DNA from: Minisyncoccota bacterium
Lineage (GTDB): Bacteria > Patescibacteriota > Minisyncoccia > Minisyncoccales > JAGOPM01
DNA: 64,000 nt
NCBI GenBank assembly: GCA_041651395.1
Contig: JBAZJI010000001.1
Coordinates: 182,533 to 246,532 of the forward strand
Reading direction: 5' to 3'
The translations under genes were made by a program, and so were the position numbers. Within the stretch, counting starts at the first letter, position 1; the number at the start of each line of letters is the position of its first letter. A model generated the notes under the pieces. That model made no database searches, had not been told where the DNA came from, and saw nothing but the letters and a program-made list of their open reading frames with translations. Positions 10,101 to 17,390 of this stretch are shown here, one piece after another.

Positions 10101-12570
10101 GATGATTGCGTTCCTTAAAGGTGTTATGCCTTCGGCGCAGCTCAAATTTGCCGAACCTTGCACCGGGACAGAGGAGAAAGCTGATTATAATTATTGCGAC
10201 AAATCCAGCCCTGCTAAATGCCAACAAGAAGATGCCACGACTTTAACCCAATGCGAAACAAAATATGGCAAGGGTAATTGCTTTAAGGCTGACCCGACTT
10301 GTGCCGGCAAATGTGCCAAGATGGGGGCTAGTTGCCGCAAATGTGTGCACGGCATGTGTGCTTATTATGACCCGGCGGGTAATCCCAATACGGTGAATAA
10401 TTCCAAATGGTACATTGCCAATTATAGGCTTAGTGGCACGGCTGTTCCGATTGGTGAAGATACGGAAATGGCGATTGTCGCCCGCATCGATTTCCTCTGG
10501 AATGGGGTAACCAAGAATGATTTTAATTTCGCGCAATGCACTGAAACTCAAGACTTGGAAGTTGATTGCTATAAGAGTATTTCTATCCGATATGCCGCGC
10601 AAGGCAATCCTAAAGTGTTGGGCCAAAAATATTACATCAAAGTTACGGAAAAAGATGGCAATGTTTTCTGGTTTGGCTCTAGTGGCAGCATTAAAAACGA
10701 TGACCAAAATGCCAACATCGCTTATTTGAGGAGCCTTATTGATATCTATACAAATATAACGCCCGATTATGTTAAGGAATGTTTTACTACTCCCAAACCG
10801 GCCGGAGTGAAAAATCCGACTCCCAAAGCGGCCGGCAGCCTCGCCCCCAAGGGCGCCCCGGCCGATGACCCTTATTATAGAGGTGAGTGGCAGTATTGTT
10901 ACCCTGACGGGAAGAACTTGAATTCCGATTGTCGGAAAATGTTTTATTGCGATTTGCGCAATGCCTGTTCTGGCCAAAATTGTAATGTAACTGAAACTTC
11001 CCGCTATTATTACAAGCTCACTTCTTGCCAAGACGGTTTGGCTTATCAGTCTGCCTTGAAGGGCAAGACTACTGGATATTGTTATAACACCAGGCAAGAG
11101 GCTGAGAGCGCTTGTAAGAGATATTTTTATTGCGCTTCGGGTAATGGCACGGCCACCAATGTTTTACTGACTAAAGCCGGCAAAGCCTATACCGATGTTT
11201 ATGAATGTACGAGAAACCTCAAGGTTGATGAGTCCGGCTCCGGCCCGATTGGGCAGTGCTACGATAGCGAGCAGGAAGCCAAAGACCACTGCAGCCGTTG
11301 GTATTATTGCCCGGCCGATCCAGCCAAAAAAGGCTGCTCGCCTTCTAATACTTATGCCGACGAGGCAGCTTGTATGGCGGGTGTGATAAAAAATGCCCCC
11401 AAGGCTTTGCCTAAGTGCTACAAGGATCAAGAAACGTGCAATCAGGCTTGCCAGTCAAATGTTTTGTGGACTGCTTATAATGATCCAAAAGAGGGGCTAA
11501 TTTGCGACCAAGTTAAAGAGAGAGATCGCAATGGCGCTATTAGGCAATTTTATGGGAAGGTTGATGATGCGATTTCTGAATGCCGCCAATATTTAGATAC
11601 CAATAATCGCAAAGATACCAATTTGGATTGCTATAAAACTTTTTCGGAATGTGACGAGGCTATCAGTGGTAAGAGCCGCATGCGCGTCTGCCTAAAATCC
11701 GGGGATGCCAAATGTGCCGCTTTGCCGAGTAAATACGAAAATACTCAGGCCGGATGCGATAAATTTTTAAGCGATAATAAAGGGTTGGTTGGTTTGAATA
11801 AATGTTATGATTCGCTTTATTCAGCCACTTGCGACAGTGATTGTAAAAATGCCGGCTCCTCGCAATTCAAGGGCGCTTTCTATATCAAACCCGATGCGGC
11901 GGCCGGGAAAAATGGCGGCTGTTTGGCCTTGAGCGGATTTGAAAACGGCAAGCTAGCCTGCGAGAACGAAATTTCCCGCGCTTGGGATACGCAGGTTAAT
12001 AAGACTTGTTATCTTGATACCGCCGATTGCAATTCCAATTTCCCCAAAGGCGGTAGGGAGGCTGTACCTAATGTTTCCAAGGTTATGAATAGCGGGCTGT
12101 ATAAGTTTTATTATTACAACAAGACCATTGAATCCTGCGTGCTAAGCCAACGATATTTTTCTACCCTAAGGGAATGCAAGGATTTTTATTCTAAGATGAG
12201 CGTGGAAGCTTTGCCTGATTGCTTTAGTTGGCTTGCTGAGTGTCAGGCCAAGGGTAACCGCTATGCGTTTTTTGTCCGCGAGGGTTTACAAGGTATTTAT
12301 AAGATGACTACGGAAAGATATGCCTCTCCCTCGGCTTGCAGACAAAATGTGGCCAAATATTATTCGCCGCTTAAAGCTTATTCGGTTTGTTATACGAGTA
12401 TCGCCGCAGCCTCAACTGATAAGGAAAAGGAAAAACAGAAACTAAACTTTTATTATTTGAATAATTCGACCTGCCGGTATGCGGGAAAGTTTCTGACGCA
12501 AAAAGCTTGCGAATATTCAACTAAGCAAAGATGTTTCATCAGTTCCCGTTGTGACAATAAAGTGATTTGA
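4156..12570 (+). CDS. Giant secreted cysteine-rich repeat protein (2804 aa)
   Basis: Uninterrupted 8.4 kb ORF; signal peptide ending ANA; several families of Cys-rich repeats interleaved with Ig/FN3-like segments. Confidence 0.9.
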   Translation: MSQYKVFCKAIFTVFCVVMVLAFAGIANAFTQQSTSQVKFSNISVSGGGGQIFIYDNNKYDPQTVSADIRNTPLKPCLDTRQLGSGGLKISWNLSAAKPVGFDHWYVRYACASTPAIAADTNTIGRAYSDTITWSSPALSAGQYCKIWAYAMKGSNSNEGLNIGLGGANTSPIQACSLKPSISILEGKTLSVSSISITVRYNDTGDNSDRGQIYAYVYDSLCTKLIGYAGPSTVSKNGTITLVKGSLDANTTYCVKPYAISDDNVRGFGATQMKITTGASSPKPAEDFSNNFKICRTSDTDKCSDFTTQSPLTLLACNSYVAGLGIAKFNTCYLVSDTNSVLACNAACSKASGEASEELSYCDTAFKCVGGKMTKTECKLKNGNKDCWTGLYCGGQWYNADSKCIPTTAALLINPYIPETTDFKCVSETLSSKVETALFAKLLSTGGAASANVFFDVYDKSAKWVASQSFSGKASGSEMSYNPLLEQGTEYRFKASAYTSGNSTSVSVLFTTPYCTTPEPLEELSYCDGLVCRGVKTTKTKCRTELNKGLDCRAGLYCGGTASNPDQTCKAGAPADYSLLLSVPEVTVKDCSAAGSKADISVIMMPSLGSNNSGNILVEQLDANGSVVTSKTIASVRSLENYYWNFSLSPKQAAKVRATLYVVGGKTIQTKDVVVKCAEEPVSVFSYCEAKTCVARKMTESACRAANGGKDCYVNAYCGGKINNPDANCLGLDQNKIEIVLPSQFDQICAGDTIIRAPVKIRIISTFGGVIGTATVKVLNSFGTEILSQKYTDAKAGSAYGNEVIFQPNQKYKVEASLGTSNAAPSIVSAEFIAKSCATQTDEVKTRSFCSGIVCRTVKETAAECKAENNGNACFEVPYCGGTISDYGDSKCTSIDTSKERSYCSAGKCTTIKTTAADCKARNNGNACFEVPYCGGLWYNGDSKCQQSSCSKESLRSLSSELRSVYENAGGYKKYCYKGVTLKVGLSLYGAIQCPNLYMPYVEQDVYLSNTSLDLAWRLAATTEQEAVNNIQGYIDNNIARLTKDCECYKGIIVSRLMETAPAGGTVDFPYSARLVVDTTSGRYFNDITGCDESSKTGGEFCVGGNTIEDVKNNARRYIDNHPNEFTKTQCISTDTIKERSYCSGNSCITIRSTATACREKNNWQDCFEVPYCGGLWYNGDQKCAALDPVQERSYCLGATCKTVKTTAANCKAMNNGTDCFALPYCGGTISDYGDSKCGALKQLTITNPTASYWKLNDNIDFTWINGKPGETVYISRWLNYGSNSLALCAGRNDANGSGSCRWTVNAQLGKHTIWAKAASSQRDFDTKVEIEVIEHLPESSLSLKNNYFSSNVWDGPLQRKQVAGFKVTAQESTQNLTRFNLDFSGKIWENFAILDVYDATMGTSIFSKSIIAYDFIQSGSYWRINIEPFRLQVPLEANYPHELQVFLTSRDGQLSTVNYQIFVNKNAARATGANGLSYYAPDKDAEVSNFFRIAPQPPKYFACSNALCQIVKNPLTGKEVQSEAECQIATNFAKTCYLNDSTCQNICKSVCVKDGFAYKDRGDICCATDGYKEIDSSVLKNDGSCTAGNPNVKICSKCGNGSCDSMENKCNCSQDCGALCNKVNQNAVDATLCCPGLTWLSNQYRLGRDGGCVNSGFTNGICVNTKCGDAKCEGYEDKCNCPVDCKEVLGCKAANQNADSPGLCCQNLDWLSNKYRLSSNASCADSGFINGICVTTKCGDTKCEGYEDKCNCPQDCSGSVIPGTCVAEGKVIYPDGSACCSGLTKITGQNVGYDGVTCVDVYSSGMGFCSKCGDGKCENPENKCNCPIDCACGNGRCDGNENYQTCPQDCEKPTEEKYCYKGMYIYFSNYPNPKVNNAKYWLSNWDFGGDLKGFSGSVETAKAAAEMYVASLCDGTNAKSYNCTQCERTDLIPEVMEKICFNNKTYYYRSNKPNAESKTLFWVKIILGGELKTIGHDSESQMIAFLKGVMPSAQLKFAEPCTGTEEKADYNYCDKSSPAKCQQEDATTLTQCETKYGKGNCFKADPTCAGKCAKMGASCRKCVHGMCAYYDPAGNPNTVNNSKWYIANYRLSGTAVPIGEDTEMAIVARIDFLWNGVTKNDFNFAQCTETQDLEVDCYKSISIRYAAQGNPKVLGQKYYIKVTEKDGNVFWFGSSGSIKNDDQNANIAYLRSLIDIYTNITPDYVKECFTTPKPAGVKNPTPKAAGSLAPKGAPADDPYYRGEWQYCYPDGKNLNSDCRKMFYCDLRNACSGQNCNVTETSRYYYKLTSCQDGLAYQSALKGKTTGYCYNTRQEAESACKRYFYCASGNGTATNVLLTKAGKAYTDVYECTRNLKVDESGSGPIGQCYDSEQEAKDHCSRWYYCPADPAKKGCSPSNTYADEAACMAGVIKNAPKALPKCYKDQETCNQACQSNVLWTAYNDPKEGLICDQVKERDRNGAIRQFYGKVDDAISECRQYLDTNNRKDTNLDCYKTFSECDEAISGKSRMRVCLKSGDAKCAALPSKYENTQAGCDKFLSDNKGLVGLNKCYDSLYSATCDSDCKNAGSSQFKGAFYIKPDAAAGKNGGCLALSGFENGKLACENEISRAWDTQVNKTCYLDTADCNSNFPKGGREAVPNVSKVMNSGLYKFYYYNKTIESCVLSQRYFSTLRECKDFYSKMSVEALPDCFSWLAECQAKGNRYAFFVREGLQGIYKMTTERYASPSACRQNVAKYYSPLKAYSVCYTSIAAASTDKEKEKQKLNFYYLNNSTCRYAGKFLTQKACEYSTKQRCFISSRCDNKVI
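5227..7869 (+). repeat. Seven dispersed copies of a ~46-aa six-Cys module S[YF]C-x4/5-C-x9-C-x8/9-C-x4-YCGG-x9/10-C
   Basis: Copies seen in the translation; 45-bp exact DNA repeat at 6937-6981 and 7654-7698. Confidence 0.85.
8950..9710 (+). repeat. Five CG[DN]xxC...E...CxxDC modules, including a near-identical ~70-aa tandem duplication
   Basis: CGNGSCDSMENKCNCSQDC, CGDAKCEGYEDKCNCPVDC, CGDTKCEGYEDKCNCPQDC, CGDGKCENPENKCNCPIDC, CGNGRCDGNENYQTCPQDC. Confidence 0.85.
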
Positions 12571-12632
12571 TTTTTCTTCCGCGCCTGATTTTCGGGCGCG
12601 GGCTGAAAAACCAAATATTTTTCAAAATAAAT

Positions 12633-15600
12633 ATGCAAAAAAAATTCATTATCAGTGCGGTAGCGGTTGTTTTGGGGCTTTTGGCTATAGCGATAACGCC
12701 ATTATTTGCCCAGACAATCGAGAATTTAACGGCCGAACAGAAGGCGATATTTTTGCAAGTTTTAGCTGACGAAATTGCTATTCGAAAAGATATGGCCGGC
12801 CCGCAAGTTGCCGGGGCTTATGCTACGCCCGATGCGGCTTACGTGCCGCAGGCCAAAACCTTACTTTTTGTTAAGCCGAGGGTTTTGGGTGTCGTGGCTT
12901 TGTCGGGGAGTTTAACTTCCCGCTGTGGCGATGGTATTTGCGGCTCAGGGGAATATTATTCCAATTGTCCGAGTGATTGCGGCAAGGGGGCCACGTTGCC
13001 GGGTTATGGCGGCAATTTGACTGGTGGCTATAATCCTACCGGAAATCTTAACAGTGGCTCCTTGATTCAAAATCCCTGTAATTATAATTTTCAATGCGAG
13101 CCATTGCGCGGCGAAACTACTCTTAATTGCGCTTCGGATTGCAAAACCAGCGCTATCACTTATCCGGGAACGGTTGGCACGGGTGCAACAAATCTTGGTG
13201 GTGGTTTAATTTCCGGCGGGGCGAATCCCTGTAATTATAATAATTTGTGCGAGCCATTGCGCGGCGAAACTACTCTTAATTGTTTTTCTGATTGTAAATC
13301 TAGTTCTATTGGGACAGTGAATAATAATCCGCCATATCCGGGCTGGCTGAGGTGTGAGGTTTGTGGAAAGTGGTACAACCCCACAACCGGAAGATGTCCG
13401 GAAATATGCAATGAGACTGCCTCGGGAAGCGGCGAGGATTATACTAAGCAATCAGCTCCGATCACTTTGCCTCCGGAAGTAAAAGAGGGCAAAAATATTT
13501 TACGTGGCAGCGTTTCGGAAATTGTTGCGGGAGGCGAGCCGGGATTTATTGTTTATGATCCTAGCCAACCGCAAACCCGTGGTTCCCAAATCGGGGGAGC
13601 TGGTGGGGTACAAATCGGGGGTGTTCAAAGCGGGCAAACCAACGTTGGCTTTGGCTCTCAGGCCGGTGGCTTACCCGGATCAATAAGAATTAATGTTTCT
13701 GGATTCGTTTCCGCCAGTTATGACAAAACGACAAAAATATTTACGGCAACTTACGAAGATCCTACGCTTTTGCCCGGGAAGACGCGCGCTTATCGTGCCG
13801 CCATCAGGGTAAAGTCGGCTAGCTTATCGGGCGGTTATGCTTATATTGAGGCGCAAAACGAGCAATATATTTACGGGCAGGCTAAGGTTTTCAAAGCGGG
13901 TGAATGCCCTTGTCCCGAGACCGATGAATGGGTTTGTTACGATGTTTTTAGCTACAATACGACAACCAAGGTGGTGGCTACCTCTACGGCTGAGTTCAAA
14001 AATCCTTGTATTGCGGCTTGCGAAATTGGTAAAGTCCGCAAGGATAACCCGGCTACCAATTATAATTTTAAGAAGAACGGCAAATGCCAAACGAGCGATA
14101 CTATCCGCGGCAAAGATGTGACGGCGCCATTTAAGATTTCTACCGTTGGTCCGGCTGAAGTTACGGAGATTAAGCCGGGAGAAATGGGTTATGACCAAAA
14201 ACAAAAAAGGTTTAGGGTCAAGATTGCAATGAAGGTAGAGGATTTCGGTTCAATGCAGGCTATTCGCTTGCTGTCCAGTCCTTATCAATATAATAAGACC
14301 AAGAATCCCACCGGCGCTTTAGCTTTAGGCGAGGCTAAAAATATTTCCGCGAGCGCGCCGATTAATTCACAAGTGCAGATTTTTGATGCGAATAAAAATA
14401 TTCCCGGAACTTGGTTTATTAAGCCCGGCGATAATCAGAACCAAATAAGTTTTGAGGCGATTATTTCCGAGAATGGAGAACATTGCTTTATCGCGCGAGC
14501 TTATGCTATGCGAGATTATAAACCCGGTGATCAGTACCTTTCTAATACTGCTTATGCCGAACAATATTTAGTTAATGCCGATAATGAAGTTTGCGTGAAA
14601 GTAGAGGGCCTTGCCCAACAGGTGACTAAGGATTGTAAAACGATTAACGGCAAGGAAATTTGCATTAATGTAACTAATCCGTGCGTTGGCAATAATTGCA
14701 TTAATGTCGGCGAAGATTCGGTAATTACAGCTACTACGAGCCGACCGTTTGAAGACTTATCAATCGTGCAAGTGGCATCGCCAGAAGTTACAACCCTTGA
14801 AGCGGTTAACATTACGACTAATTCTATCACCTTAAGAGGAAGGTTAACCAAGCTGGGTGGCTCTCCGCCATGGGGCGATGATTCGCGATATGCCAAGCGC
14901 GAGACCTATGTGAGTTTTGGAGGGTCAAGCATTAAGGAAACTCCTAGCCAAAAAATGGCCACTGTCGGCGATTTTGAATATACTGTTAAGGAATTAAAAC
15001 CCGGAACGGAGTATTGCTATAATGCCATTGCTTGGCTGCAAAAAGCCGGCGCAACAACTCAGCCGACTGAATATGGCTTTATAGCTAGCGGAATAACCCT
15101 CGCCAAAGAGAAGGCTGCGTATGGCAAAAGCATTTGCGTAAAGACACAATTTGGTGATGCTTTGGAAAAAGCGGAAAGTTCAGAAAATCCGGAATTGGAA
15201 CTAGAAAAAATGGGTTATAAGACGAATTTAGACGAATTCGGAGTAAATTGGGCCAGTGCTTATAAGAATGTTGTCCGACCATTTACAATTACAGCTTCTT
15301 TCTTCTCCACTTCGATAAAACTCGATAGTGATACGATGTATGGCATGATGCACAAGACTGATTTAGAAAAAGAATCAATCGCTATTCCGGTTGTCGGCTT
15401 TGCCTTCCAGAGGGGCTCAACTGCGGCCAGCGGCCCATACGCGGGCGGGGCTATTTCTTTGTCTGGTGCTCCTGTGCAGCAAAGCGGCAAAACGTATTTT
15501 GTGATTGCCGGCAAGGGTATTGCTTTGGGTAAAGATGACTATACCTTCAATTTCAAAATGCCTGACATTTTGGCCGGCATGAGTTTTAATTATTATCCAT

Positions 15601-16976
15601 TCGCTATTTATGATGGCAAGATTTATTCCGCAAGTATGCCGGCTAAGATTTCTGCCGCGGCAGATAAAACTTATATCAACCCAGATATCAATGCCTTGGA
15701 AAATGGAGAATTAAAGCGCGGGTGGCAAAAGGGTTATTATAAAGCTGAGTTGCGCGGCGAAGTTCTTAAAATCGGCAGCGGCGCACAAGCAGCCAGTGGG
15801 GTTACGGTTGGATTCTCTATTATTTCTTCCGATGATAATTTAATCAGCAAGACGCATTCGGGATATGTGCAAGGAAGTAAGAGATTCGATTATCCAGGAG
15901 ATTTATCGTACGAATATGGCCAGATAAGGAGCGGATATACTTATTGCTATAAATTGGCTGCCGGCCTCTCGAATAGCTCCATGCAATATTCGGCTAAGGA
16001 GATCTGTTTTACTGCTCCAGTAGAAGATGATTGGAAATTAGATGTTTATACTGCGCCAACTTCCACGGCTTGGAAAAATCAAAGCGAACAATCTTACAGT
16101 GAGATTTGCGCCAAATGTGCCAATATCACTACCGCACCCCGCCCGCCCAATTCGTCTTTTACGTCTAGTTTTGGAATACGAACTGCGGTTTGCGCCAGCG
16201 ACAATAAGACTTACGAAAAAGAGTGTTTCCAATATTATTGCACGAAGGTCGGTTTAAGATTGAAGAGCTATGGTGCTTGCCAAACAACGCCTGTAGTCAC
16301 TATTAAAACCGGAACAGTGGCCAGCGGTATCTTGGCGTATAATAAGGCGATAGTGGCCAGAGTTAATAAGATTCCCGGTTCGGCTACACTTAGCACCAGC
16401 GACACGGCCAATGCAAACATTAAAGTTTTCATCCAAGCTGTGGGTGGGAGTGCCTATATTAAGACAAGCGGCGCATTCGTAGTTGGACTTTACGAAACAG
16501 CTAAGGGGCGCTTAGGGACTATCCCTCCGGATAAAATTAAATATAGTTGCGGCAGTGAAAGGGTAGGGTATTCTTATAAGATTTCTGCTATTGGTGGCAA
16601 TGAATGTGATTTGATTGTAAATTTTGAGCCCATTTATATGTCTTCAGCTGTCGGAAAATATTATGTGAGGCTGGAGAGTATTTTGTGGACGCAAACGGAA
16701 AATGGTGCAACAAAAGTTTCCTCTATTGTGGCCACTAGCGGAGATTATTTCTCGACTACTCCTGTAGATTTGATTTATCGCAAAGGCATTGCCGCGGGAA
16801 CGGGTAAACAATGTGTTTGCACTGCGCAATATCAGCCGGTTTGCGCTGTACCACCCGGATTTACTCAGCCGCAAATTTATCCAAATCTTTGTTATGCCCA
16901 GTGCGACAATGCTACGGCCAAAACAGAGTATCAAGTGATAGGCGGGAAGTGTGTTTACGTGAACTATAATCGCTAA
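12633..16976 (+). CDS. Large secreted protein with Cys-rich, FN3-like and Kazal-type modules (~1447 aa)
   Basis: Start at MQKKF (12633) gives a signal peptide; Kazal-like CVCTAQYQPVC...YPNLCYAQC and VCASDNKTYEKEC; FN3-like LKPGTEYCY. Confidence 0.85.
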   Translation: MQKKFIISAVAVVLGLLAIAITPLFAQTIENLTAEQKAIFLQVLADEIAIRKDMAGPQVAGAYATPDAAYVPQAKTLLFVKPRVLGVVALSGSLTSRCGDGICGSGEYYSNCPSDCGKGATLPGYGGNLTGGYNPTGNLNSGSLIQNPCNYNFQCEPLRGETTLNCASDCKTSAITYPGTVGTGATNLGGGLISGGANPCNYNNLCEPLRGETTLNCFSDCKSSSIGTVNNNPPYPGWLRCEVCGKWYNPTTGRCPEICNETASGSGEDYTKQSAPITLPPEVKEGKNILRGSVSEIVAGGEPGFIVYDPSQPQTRGSQIGGAGGVQIGGVQSGQTNVGFGSQAGGLPGSIRINVSGFVSASYDKTTKIFTATYEDPTLLPGKTRAYRAAIRVKSASLSGGYAYIEAQNEQYIYGQAKVFKAGECPCPETDEWVCYDVFSYNTTTKVVATSTAEFKNPCIAACEIGKVRKDNPATNYNFKKNGKCQTSDTIRGKDVTAPFKISTVGPAEVTEIKPGEMGYDQKQKRFRVKIAMKVEDFGSMQAIRLLSSPYQYNKTKNPTGALALGEAKNISASAPINSQVQIFDANKNIPGTWFIKPGDNQNQISFEAIISENGEHCFIARAYAMRDYKPGDQYLSNTAYAEQYLVNADNEVCVKVEGLAQQVTKDCKTINGKEICINVTNPCVGNNCINVGEDSVITATTSRPFEDLSIVQVASPEVTTLEAVNITTNSITLRGRLTKLGGSPPWGDDSRYAKRETYVSFGGSSIKETPSQKMATVGDFEYTVKELKPGTEYCYNAIAWLQKAGATTQPTEYGFIASGITLAKEKAAYGKSICVKTQFGDALEKAESSENPELELEKMGYKTNLDEFGVNWASAYKNVVRPFTITASFFSTSIKLDSDTMYGMMHKTDLEKESIAIPVVGFAFQRGSTAASGPYAGGAISLSGAPVQQSGKTYFVIAGKGIALGKDDYTFNFKMPDILAGMSFNYYPFAIYDGKIYSASMPAKISAAADKTYINPDINALENGELKRGWQKGYYKAELRGEVLKIGSGAQAASGVTVGFSIISSDDNLISKTHSGYVQGSKRFDYPGDLSYEYGQIRSGYTYCYKLAAGLSNSSMQYSAKEICFTAPVEDDWKLDVYTAPTSTAWKNQSEQSYSEICAKCANITTAPRPPNSSFTSSFGIRTAVCASDNKTYEKECFQYYCTKVGLRLKSYGACQTTPVVTIKTGTVASGILAYNKAIVARVNKIPGSATLSTSDTANANIKVFIQAVGGSAYIKTSGAFVVGLYETAKGRLGTIPPDKIKYSCGSERVGYSYKISAIGGNECDLIVNFEPIYMSSAVGKYYVRLESILWTQTENGATKVSSIVATSGDYFSTTPVDLIYRKGIAAGTGKQCVCTAQYQPVCAVPPGFTQPQIYPNLCYAQCDNATAKTEYQVIGGKCVYVNYNR
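13071..13298 (+). repeat. Duplicated NPCNYNxxCEPLRGETTLNCxSDCK module
   Basis: Two copies (from 13071 and 13224) sharing an exact core TGCGAGCCATTGCGCGGCGAAACTACTCTTAATTG. Confidence 0.85.
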
Positions 16977-16987
16977 TCTCGGATCGG

Positions 16988-17023
16988 AAATGGGTCATCC
17001 GAGAAAAGGATGATCCATTTTTT
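16988..17023 (+). terminator. Intrinsic terminator after the two giant genes
   Basis: AAATGGGTCATCC-loop-GGATGATCCATTT followed by T-run. Confidence 0.75.
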
Positions 17024-17321
17024 ATTTTTTGCCTTGGAAAATTAACCTGTGGAAAACTTAAAAAATTCACTTCTGGTTTTAAGGGTATTTGTCCGCAAAA
17101 ATCAGAAAAATTTTCTCAAATTTTTAGGAATTTTTTGACATTTTCTGTTCTTTAGGTCGTAAAATAGAAATTTTAGAAAAAATCGTCACGTATTTCAAAG
17201 GTTTTTTGGAGGTGGGGTATTTTTTCCTAAAAAACCTGCGCGTTCAGTGTTTTTTGGGCACTTGTTTTACGACTATAAAACAAGTACTTCGGAGGACAGA
17301 AGTTGCGAAATCGGTCAAGAA

Positions 17322-17349
17322 TTGACGCAAAAAAATGAAAGCTTAAAAT
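17322..17349 (+). promoter_or_regulatory. Putative sigma70 promoter of nrdD
   Basis: TTGACG-16 nt-TAAAAT, 41 nt before the ATG. Confidence 0.5.
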
Positions 17350-17390
17350 TATTAGTACCTAGAATTTAGTAGAAAATTTCAAATATTTTT

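Noticed and set aside
10243-11097. 284-aa antisense ORF and other shadow ORFs within giant and ribosomal genes
   Set aside because: Fully overlapped by well-supported genes on the other strand; expected from codon bias
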